This document shows, piece after piece, positions 57,192-64,000 of a stretch of DNA of 64,000 bases (positions are counted from its first letter, which is position 1; each line of letters starts with the position of its first letter). Source of the stretch: an uncultured Clostridia bacterium (GTDB lineage Bacteria; Bacillota; Clostridia; TANB77; CAG-508); assembly GCA_944391965.1 (NCBI GenBank), contig CALXVH010000001.1, positions 38,828 through 102,827 of the forward strand, read 5' to 3'. A program made the position numbers and the translations under genes. The notes below the pieces were generated by a model, which had not been told where the DNA came from, ran no database searches, and saw only the letters and a list, made by a program, of their open reading frames with translations.

Positions 57192-59135
57192 CTATCTTAC
57201 TTTATTTTTTATCTCTTCTTTCATTTTTTCTAAGAATTCTGCCTGATTTACTTGTCCTAAATCTCCTTCTTTTCTAGATCTTACAGCAACTGCATTTGCT
57301 TCTATCTCTTTATCTCCTACAACTAACATATATGGTATTTTTTGTAATTGAGCCTCACGAATTTTATATCCGATTTTTTCATTTCTATCATCTACTTCAA
57401 TTCTAATTCCTGCTTTTCTATATTCTTCTTCTATTTTTCTAGCATATTCTAATTGTGCATCAGAAATTGGTAATATTTTTGCTTGTGTTGGCGCAATCCA
57501 TAATGGTAATGCTCCTTTTGTTTCTTCTAATAAGAATGAAATAAATCTATCAGAAGAACCTAAAATTGCTCTATGGATTACAACTGGTCTATGGGCTTTT
57601 CCATCTTCTCCTATATATTCCAAATTAAATCTTTCTGGTAATGCAAAATCTAATTGACATGTTGGAATTGTAACATCATGATTTAATGCTGTTCTTATTT
57701 GAATATCAATCTTTGGTCCATAGAATGCAGCTTCTCCCTCTGCCTCGTAAAAATCAATATTTAGTTCTGTTAATATTGCTCTTAATTGGCTTTCTGCTGT
57801 TTCCCACATTTCATCATTATCAATATATTTTTCTTTGTTATTTTTATCCCTTAAAGATAGTCTAAACTTAAATGCTGATGCAGGGAAACCAAAGTCTTTT
57901 TGATATACTTCAAATATTAGATTTATTACTTTTCCAACTTCTTCTTTTATTTGATCTGGTCTTACAAATAAATGAGCATCATTTTGGCACATTTCTCTAA
58001 CTCTTTCTAATCCACAAACACTTCCACTTGCTTCATATCTAAAGTCATGTGCAAGTTCACCAATTCTTATTGGTAAATCTCTATATGAATGTAATTTATT
58101 TTTATAAATTAACATATGATGTGGACAGTTCATTGGTCTTAATACCATTTCTTCATTATCCATTTTCATTACTGGGAACATATCCTCTTTATAGTGATCC
58201 CAATGCCCACTTGTTTTATATAATTCCACATTTGCAAGTGATGGTGTATATACATGTTTATATCCAAGTTCTATTTCTTTATCTTGAATATATCTTTCTA
58301 AAATTCTTCTTATTGTTGCACCATCTGGTAAATACATTGGAAGTCCTGAACCTACAAGTTCATGTGTCATAAATAAGTCTAATTCTTTACCTATTTTTCT
58401 ATGATCTCTTTCTTTAGCTTCTTGTAACAAATTTAAGTAATCTTCTAATTGTGATTTTTTAGGGAATGAAATTCCATATACTCTTTGAAGCATTTTATTT
58501 TTTTCATTACCTCTCCAATAAGCTCCTGAAGCTGATAATAATTTTACTACTTTTACTTTTCCTGTACTCATTAAATGTGGACCTGCACATAAATCTACAA
58601 ATTCACCTTGTTTATAAAAAGATATTTCTTCTCCTTCTGGTAATTCTTCTATTAATTCTACTTTATAGCTTTCTCCATTTTCTTCCATGAATTTTATTGC
58701 TTCTTCTCTTGGTAGTGAATATCTCTCGATTGGTAAATCTTCTTTTATTATTTTTTTCATTTCTTCTTCTATTTTTTCAAAATCTTCTTCTGAAAAATGT
58801 TTTTCTGTATCAAAATCATAATAGAATCCATTTTCTATAGCTGGTCCTATTGTTAATTTTACATCACCATATAATCTTTTTATTGCTTGTGCCATAATAT
58901 GTGATGTTGTATGCCAATAAGCTTTCTTTCCTTCTAAATCATCATCTTGAAATGTATGAATTACTAATTCACAATCTTCGTTTATTTCATGTCTTAAATC
59001 TTCTACTTTTCCATTAATTTCTCCACAAGTTGCGACTCTTGCTAATCCCTCACTTATTTTTTTTGCTACATCTATTATAGATGTTCCTTTTTCTACCTCC
59101 ATAATAGATCCATCTTTTAATTTTAATTTAACCAT
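57192..59135 (-). CDS. thrS: Threonine--tRNA ligase
   Basis: 647 aa with a TGS domain, a second-additional domain (HTTSHIMAQA) and a class II core (HRAILGS). It is preceded by a Thr T-box. Confidence 0.97.
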   Translation of the reverse strand: MVKLKLKDGSIMEVEKGTSIIDVAKKISEGLARVATCGEINGKVEDLRHEINEDCELVIHTFQDDDLEGKKAYWHTTSHIMAQAIKRLYGDVKLTIGPAIENGFYYDFDTEKHFSEEDFEKIEEEMKKIIKEDLPIERYSLPREEAIKFMEENGESYKVELIEELPEGEEISFYKQGEFVDLCAGPHLMSTGKVKVVKLLSASGAYWRGNEKNKMLQRVYGISFPKKSQLEDYLNLLQEAKERDHRKIGKELDLFMTHELVGSGLPMYLPDGATIRRILERYIQDKEIELGYKHVYTPSLANVELYKTSGHWDHYKEDMFPVMKMDNEEMVLRPMNCPHHMLIYKNKLHSYRDLPIRIGELAHDFRYEASGSVCGLERVREMCQNDAHLFVRPDQIKEEVGKVINLIFEVYQKDFGFPASAFKFRLSLRDKNNKEKYIDNDEMWETAESQLRAILTELNIDFYEAEGEAAFYGPKIDIQIRTALNHDVTIPTCQLDFALPERFNLEYIGEDGKAHRPVVIHRAILGSSDRFISFLLEETKGALPLWIAPTQAKILPISDAQLEYARKIEEEYRKAGIRIEVDDRNEKIGYKIREAQLQKIPYMLVVGDKEIEANAVAVRSRKEGDLGQVNQAEFLEKMKEEIKNKVR

Positions 59136-59176
59136 ATATATCCCTCCTATTTTATAATTACCTTATTTTTTATAAG

Positions 59177-59270
59177 AAAAGTGGCTTCGCCACATATACA
59201 GATTGCTTCGCAATCGCGCGAACATAGGTAACTTAACCTTGTTATATACGTAAAAATCTGTCGATTTTTC
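59177..59270 (-). repeat. Family-2 repeat, copy B, inside the thrS leader
   Basis: The minus strand reads AAAAATC-GACA-GATTTTT ... ACAAGGTTAAGTTACCTATGTTCGCGCGATTGCGAAGCAATCTGTATATGTGGCGAAGCCACTTTT. It contains two GCGAAGC hairpins (GATTGC-GAA-GCAATC and GTGGC-GAA-GCCAC). It lies between the T-box terminator and the thrS SD. Confidence 0.75.
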
Positions 59271-59278
59271 CTATATAA

Positions 59279-59470
59279 TAAAAAAAGCACCACTATAGAC
59301 TTTTTTGCCTATAGGAGTGCTTACACGGTTCCATCCTAATTTTTTACTTAATTTGATTATATCGTTATCAACGCCATAGGTTATTAGCCTAGGTGCTTAA
59401 AAAGGTAGTTTTTCGATTAGTTACATTTAAATTAGCTTTCAGCCTATGACTAATTCTCTCTAAAAATAAT
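59279..59470 (-). promoter_or_regulatory. T-box leader, threonine specifier (ACU)
   Basis: Minus-strand elements are an AGAGAG stem-I base (59456-59461), the specifier loop GAAAAACUAC with ACU at 59407-59409, the T-box sequence AATTAGGATGGAACCGTG (59324-59341), and a terminator GCACTCCTATAG...CTATAGTGGTGC plus T7 (59279-59320). Confidence 0.8.
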
Positions 59471-59507
59471 CACTAATTTACTTTGTCTTTTTATTGCATA
59501 TATATTT

Positions 59508-60761
59508 TTATACTTTTTCAAGTTCTGCATTCTCTTGAACTTCGTTAATTTTAATATCTCTAACGTGGTCAATTTTCTCCCATTTTGTATCTCTTTTAAA
59601 TAGTACTTTAAAGTTTATTAATAACCATGAACCTAGGAATAATGGATAGCATAATAATCCTTTAATCATAGGTCTTATTGGTCTTTTATCCAACTTTAAT
59701 ATTAAGATACCTGTTAATATTGGTAAGAAAAAAGTTGGTATAATATATCTTGCATAATTTAAAATTAAATCTGAAGTTGTCATACCATTATTTAAGTACA
59801 TAATTGCATTTATTAATAATAGAACAATTGCAATTATAAACATTGGTATACTTCCTAAAATATATAATAAACCATCAAAATTCATTAAAGTTTTGTATTC
59901 TTTAACTCCTTTTGCAAGTTCCTTAGTATATTTTTGAATACATTGAATATGACCAACACTCCATCTTGTTCTTTGTGACCAAGATTGTCTAAATCCTACT
60001 GGTTGTTCATCATATACTATTGCATCTGTTGCCCAACCTAGTCTTCTTCCTTTTATGATTCTCTTTAATGAAAATTCTATATCTTCTGTTAATGTTTGTG
60101 TATCCCAACCGTTTGGTTTTATTACATCAAATTTTACCATAAAACCTGTACCATTTAATAATGGTGATAGTCCTAAATTATATCTTGCTAAGTGGTAGAA
60201 ACGGTGCATTGTCCAATAAAATATTGCATATCCAGCTGTTACCCAACTGTCCGTAGGATTTTTTATATCTCTATATCCTTGAACTACATCTTCACCTTGA
60301 CATAGTTTTTTATTCATTGCTTTAATAAAACCTTTATCTACAATATTGTCTGCATCAAATACAAAGAAAGCATCATATGGAGCATTTTCTTGTATTTTTT
60401 GTTGTAAAAACCATTGCAAAGCATAACCTTTGGTTTTCTTTTCGCTATCGAATCTTTCGTATACGATAGCGCCTTTTTCCCTAGCTATTTTAGCGGTATT
60501 ATCTGTACAATTATCTGCTATAACGTAAATATCATATAACTCTTTTGGATAATCTTGTTTTTTTAAACTTTCTATTAAATTACCCACAACAGCTTCTTCA
60601 TTATGTGCAGGAATAATAGCCATAAATTTATGATTTTTATTTACTAATAAAGGTTTTTCTTTTAATTTAACAAGCGAACAAATACTAATCATTAATTGGT
60701 ATAACCAGAATATAGTAAGTATCCACACTAGTGCTTGTTGAACTATATATAAATATTCCAT
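59508..60761 (-). CDS. Family-2 glycosyltransferase, processive type with TM domains
   Basis: 417 aa with the motifs IIPAHNEE, FVFDADN, TEDIEFS and QRTRWSVG (QxxRW), plus N- and C-terminal TM helices. Confidence 0.85.
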   Translation of the reverse strand: MEYLYIVQQALVWILTIFWLYQLMISICSLVKLKEKPLLVNKNHKFMAIIPAHNEEAVVGNLIESLKKQDYPKELYDIYVIADNCTDNTAKIAREKGAIVYERFDSEKKTKGYALQWFLQQKIQENAPYDAFFVFDADNIVDKGFIKAMNKKLCQGEDVVQGYRDIKNPTDSWVTAGYAIFYWTMHRFYHLARYNLGLSPLLNGTGFMVKFDVIKPNGWDTQTLTEDIEFSLKRIIKGRRLGWATDAIVYDEQPVGFRQSWSQRTRWSVGHIQCIQKYTKELAKGVKEYKTLMNFDGLLYILGSIPMFIIAIVLLLINAIMYLNNGMTTSDLILNYARYIIPTFFLPILTGILILKLDKRPIRPMIKGLLCYPLFLGSWLLINFKVLFKRDTKWEKIDHVRDIKINEVQENAELEKV

Positions 60762-60874
60762 TTCTTCCCTCTCTTTTTATTATTTATTCTATAATATTCA
60801 CTACAATTACAATTATACTACCTTTATACTATTTTTGCAACTTTTGACAAAATTTAATAAATTCTTAATATTTT

Positions 60875-62995
60875 CTATTTTTCATTACTTTCATCTACAT
60901 CTTTCATAGATAAATTTATTCTATCTTGGTCATCTATTTCTATTACTTTTACATTTACTTTATCTCCTTCATGAAGTACATCTTCAATATTTTTTATTCT
61001 ATCATTTGATATTTTTGAAATATGAACTAATCCTTCTTTTCCAGCACCTAAATCTACAAAAGCTCCAAAATTCATTAATTTTATTACTGTTCCTTCATAA
61101 ACTTGACCCACTTCTATTTCTCTTACGATTTCTTCTATTATTTCTTTTGCTCTTTTAGCTTGGTTTTCATCTTCAGAATAAATAAATACTTGTCCATCTT
61201 CTTTAATATCTATTTTTACACCTGTTTCATCTATAATTTTATTTATTGTTTTTCCACCTGTTCCAATTACATCTTTAATTTTGTCTACTTTTATCTTCAT
61301 GTTAATAATTTTGGGTGCATATTCTGAAATTTCTGCTCTTGGCTTATCTAATTGTTTTAACATAACTTCTTCTAGGATATATTTACGAGCTTTTCTTGTT
61401 CTTTCAAAAGCTTCTTTTATTATTTCATAAGATAGTCCATCTACTTTTATATCTACTTGAATTGCTGTTATTCCTTTTTCTGTTCCACCAACTTTAAAGT
61501 CCATATCTCCAAAGAAATCTTCTATTCCTTGGATATCTGTTAACATTACATAATTATCTGAACCATCTGGTGCTGTTACAAGACCTGTTGAAATACCAGC
61601 AACTGGTCTTTTTATTGGAACACCTGCGTCCATTAATGCTAGTGTACTTGCACATATACTTGCTTGTGATGTAGAACCATTTGAAGATAAAACTTCTGAA
61701 ACAACTCTTATTGCATATGGAAATTCTTCTTCACTTGGAATTACTGGAACTAATGCTTTTTCAGCTAAAGCACCATGTCCAATTTCTCTTCTTCCTGGTC
61801 CTCTTGATGGTCTAGCCTCTCCAACACTATAGCTTGGGAAATTGTATTGATGCATATATCTTTTGCTTTCTTCTGTGTCTATACCATCTAATGATTGTTC
61901 TTCTGAAACCATTCCTAATGTTGCAACAGATAATACTTGTGTTTGTCCTCTTGTAAATAATGCACTTCCATGTACTCTTGGAAGTAGACCTACTTCACAT
62001 GATAATGGTCTTATTTCATCTATTTTTCTACCATCAGGTCTTTTATGTTCGTTATAAATCATTTCTCTTACACATTTCTTTTCTAAGTCATGTATGCTTG
62101 TTGCAATGTCTGGCATTATTTCTTCAGTTTTTTCTTCTCCAACTTTTTCTGTAAAATATGCTACTATTTCGTCTGTTAATTTATCTATATTTTCATCTCT
62201 TACTTCTTTGTCCACTGCTTGTACTGCTTCGTACATTTTATCCTTATAATTTGCTTCTACTTCGTTATAAATTTCTTCATCAACAGCAAATGATTTATAT
62301 TCGAATTTTGGTTTTCCTATTTCTTTTTGCATTTTACTTATAAAAGTACATAATTTTTTAATTTCTTTATGTGCTTTCTTTATTGCTTCTAGCATAATAT
62401 CGTCTGGTATTTCATCTGCTCCAGCTTCTATCATTGCTATTTTATCTTTAGTTCCAGCAACAGTAAGTGTTAATCTGCTATTTTTTCTTTGTTCTTCTGT
62501 TGGATTAATTACTGTTTCATCATTAACATATCCTACTGCAACTGCTGCTGTTGGACCACCAAATGGTATGTCAGATATAGATAATGCTGCTGAAGCACCG
62601 ATCATTGCACAAATTTCTGGTTGATTGTCTTGCTCTACAGATAAGACTGTTGCTACAACACATACATCATTTCTGAAATCTTTTGGAAATAATGGTCTTA
62701 ATGGTCTGTCTATTGCTCTTGATGTAAGAATTGCTTTATCACTTGGTTTTCCTTCTCTTTTAGTATAGCTTCCTGGTATTTTTCCTACCGCATATAATTT
62801 TTCTTCGTAATCTACTGATAATGGGAAGAAGTCTATTCCATCCCTTGGTTCTTTTGAAGCAGTAACATCTACTAATACAACTGTATCACCATATCTTACT
62901 AATACACTTCCATTTGCTAAACCTGCAAGTTTTCCTGTTTCTAATGTAAGTTTTCTTCCTGCTAATTCTGTTGAATAAGTTTTAAACATTTTCAT
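60875..62995 (-). CDS. pnp: Polyribonucleotide nucleotidyltransferase (PNPase)
   Basis: 706 aa with two RNase PH domains and KH and S1 domains (NFGAFVDLG). Confidence 0.97.
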   Translation of the reverse strand: MKMFKTYSTELAGRKLTLETGKLAGLANGSVLVRYGDTVVLVDVTASKEPRDGIDFFPLSVDYEEKLYAVGKIPGSYTKREGKPSDKAILTSRAIDRPLRPLFPKDFRNDVCVVATVLSVEQDNQPEICAMIGASAALSISDIPFGGPTAAVAVGYVNDETVINPTEEQRKNSRLTLTVAGTKDKIAMIEAGADEIPDDIMLEAIKKAHKEIKKLCTFISKMQKEIGKPKFEYKSFAVDEEIYNEVEANYKDKMYEAVQAVDKEVRDENIDKLTDEIVAYFTEKVGEEKTEEIMPDIATSIHDLEKKCVREMIYNEHKRPDGRKIDEIRPLSCEVGLLPRVHGSALFTRGQTQVLSVATLGMVSEEQSLDGIDTEESKRYMHQYNFPSYSVGEARPSRGPGRREIGHGALAEKALVPVIPSEEEFPYAIRVVSEVLSSNGSTSQASICASTLALMDAGVPIKRPVAGISTGLVTAPDGSDNYVMLTDIQGIEDFFGDMDFKVGGTEKGITAIQVDIKVDGLSYEIIKEAFERTRKARKYILEEVMLKQLDKPRAEISEYAPKIINMKIKVDKIKDVIGTGGKTINKIIDETGVKIDIKEDGQVFIYSEDENQAKRAKEIIEEIVREIEVGQVYEGTVIKLMNFGAFVDLGAGKEGLVHISKISNDRIKNIEDVLHEGDKVNVKVIEIDDQDRINLSMKDVDESNEK

Positions 62996-63174
62996 CTCTC
63001 CTCTAATAATTAATTTACTTATTTATTATTAGATGTAACCTCTATTCTAAATTATTATACATAGTTCAGAATACAAGCTACTTTCTAAAATAATAAATAA
63101 GTATTTATGTTAAACTGTAGGCAAAATATAAAATTTGTTTCCACAGTAATAACCAAAGTTTTCTTATATACCAT

Positions 63175-63200
63175 TTTAGGGCGTATGATAACGCCCTAAA
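63175..63200 (-). terminator. rpsO terminator / pnp leader hairpin
   Basis: TTTAGGGCG-TATGATAA-CGCCCTAAA, 9 nt after the rpsO stop. Confidence 0.65.
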
Positions 63201-63208
63201 GTTGTATA

Positions 63209-63472
63209 TTATTTTCTTAAACCTAATTTTGCTATAATGTCTCTATATCTTTGAACATCTTTTTTAGCTAAGTAGTTTAATAAGTTTCTTCTTTTACCAA
63301 CCATTTTTAAAAGACCTCTTCTTGAGTGGTTGTCTTTTTTGTGAACTTTTAAATGTTCTGTTAATTCATTAATTCTTTCTGTTAAAAGAGCTACTTGAAC
63401 CTCTGGTGAACCAGTATCTTTTTCATCTCTTTTATAAGTATTAATAATTTCTTGTTTTCTTTCCTTTGTCAT
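63209..63472 (-). CDS. rpsO: 30S ribosomal protein S15
   Basis: 87 aa with the [14 protein letters not shown] signature. Confidence 0.97.
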   Translation of the reverse strand: MTKERKQEIINTYKRDEKDTGSPEVQVALLTERINELTEHLKVHKKDNHSRRGLLKMVGKRRNLLNYLAKKDVQRYRDIIAKLGLRK

Positions 63473-63634
63473 TATTGCACCTCCTATATTTCTTATTCCT
63501 TAAACTGAGCTAAAGTTAGGTGTCTTATATCCTATAGCTAAGTATAAGGTCACTTCAAGTATTTTACTATATTCTTAGTAAAAAATCAAGTAATTTCCTT
63601 ATGTTTGTTGCCATTATTTGATTATTTATTTATA

Positions 63635-63703
63635 ATATATGAAAAACTAAAGATTTTTCATATATTGCGGGAATAAGTTACCTATATACATTCATGATCT
63701 GCA
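63635..63703 (+). repeat. Family-2 repeat, partial copy C (opposite orientation on the chromosome)
   Basis: A 12-bp hairpin ATATATGAAAAA/TTTTTCATATAT is followed by ATAAGTTACCTATAT, identical over 15 nt to copy A, and then ATCTGCA. The GCGAAGC hairpins are missing. It lies upstream of the + strand pseudouridine synthase gene. Confidence 0.5.
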
Positions 63704-63729
63704 TTAATCTTATAATTGGTGGTGATATT

Positions 63730-64000
63730 ATGAATTTATCGTATCAACTAGATAAAAATGATTGTTACGATAATGTTCTTCATGTCTTAAAAGAACAGTT
63801 TTTATTATCAGATAGACTAATCACAAAATTAAAAAAAGCTAATAAAATTTACTTAAACGACCTTCCAACATATACAAAAAAGCCAGTAACTGTGGGCGAT
63901 ACAGTTTCTGTATTAATTGATTTTGAGGAAGATAATTCTAATATAGTTGCTACAAATATTCCTCTAGACATAATCTATGAAGATAAATATTTATTAGTAA
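63730..64000 (+). CDS. RluA-family pseudouridine synthase (RluD-like), 5' partial at the window edge
   Basis: ATG at 63730 after GGTGGTGA. An S4-like N-terminal region is followed by LDIIYEDKYLLV, which is typical of RluD/RluA family proteins. The ORF runs off the window. Confidence 0.7.
   Translation, partial: MNLSYQLDKNDCYDNVLHVLKEQFLLSDRLITKLKKANKIYLNDLPTYTKKPVTVGDTVSVLIDFEEDNSNIVATNIPLDIIYEDKYLLV

Noticed and set aside
1104-62343. Dozens of 60-190 aa plus-strand ORFs in the track, for example 1104-1412, 6735-7316, 41575-42078, 46689-47018, 51708-52025 and 58049-58372. They are rich in Leu, Phe, Ile and Ser.
   Set aside because: Each lies antisense inside a long, motif-bearing minus-strand gene. 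They lack SD sequences and have the low-complexity composition expected from reading AT-rich coding DNA backwards. I treat them as spurious.
1-64000. Search for CRISPR arrays, rRNA/tRNA genes, IS elements, integrases, prophage or recognisable defence-system genes (restriction-modification, Abi, CBASS, retrons, toxin-antitoxin pairs).
   Set aside because: I found no regularly spaced direct repeats, no tRNA-like or rRNA-like sequence, and no transposase, integrase or phage structural motifs. The ORF6N protein and the orphan cassettes are the only accessory-looking genes, and neither matches a known defence architecture.

Overview
Low-GC chromosomal segment (roughly 28% G+C by eye) from a spore-forming, Clostridia-like Firmicute. 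I call about 60 protein genes, all but five on the minus strand, and nearly all are housekeeping. They cover DNA repair and recombination (recD2, recJ, mutS, recA, recX, scpA), translation (alaS-like, hisS, thrS, rpmE, rpsO, miaB, tcdA), RNA turnover (rny, pnp), the stringent response (relA), central metabolism (pyk, fbp, asnB), the cell envelope (mreB, two sortases, deacetylase, VanW, D,D-carboxypeptidase, GT2/GT4) and sporulation (spoVT, spoIIP, spoVS, ytfI/ytfJ). I found no rRNA, tRNA, CRISPR array, transposase, integrase or prophage block. Five things are not explained by ordinary annotation. (1) A dispersed hairpin repeat family has an almost invariant GC-rich loop, GGGATTT-NN-GGAACGTCCCC-AAATCCC. 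It occurs at nine loci with about 17 cores, always 0-20 nt from a stop codon, and only in the first 46 kb. (2) A second repeat family of about 70-90 nt has three copies in the last 16 kb and carries two GCGAAGC mini-hairpins. One copy sits between the thrS T-box terminator and the thrS start codon. (3) Otherwise intact genes carry four point lesions: an in-frame TAA in mutS, a +1 insertion in spoVT, a +1 frameshift in a DUF4362-like exported protein, and an ATA where the D,D-carboxypeptidase start codon should be. Together these suggest either a mismatch-repair-deficient lineage or consensus errors. (4) Two orphan insertions have elevated G+C and GC-rich perfect hairpins at their stop codons: a 3-gene cassette at 13875-15548 and a lone 166-aa gene at 36350-36850. 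(5) Regulatory RNAs are present: a yybP-ykoY (Mn2+) type riboswitch ahead of a P-type ATPase and a Thr T-box ahead of thrS. I see no recognisable defence system. The repeat families and the orphan cassette are the best candidates for something undescribed.
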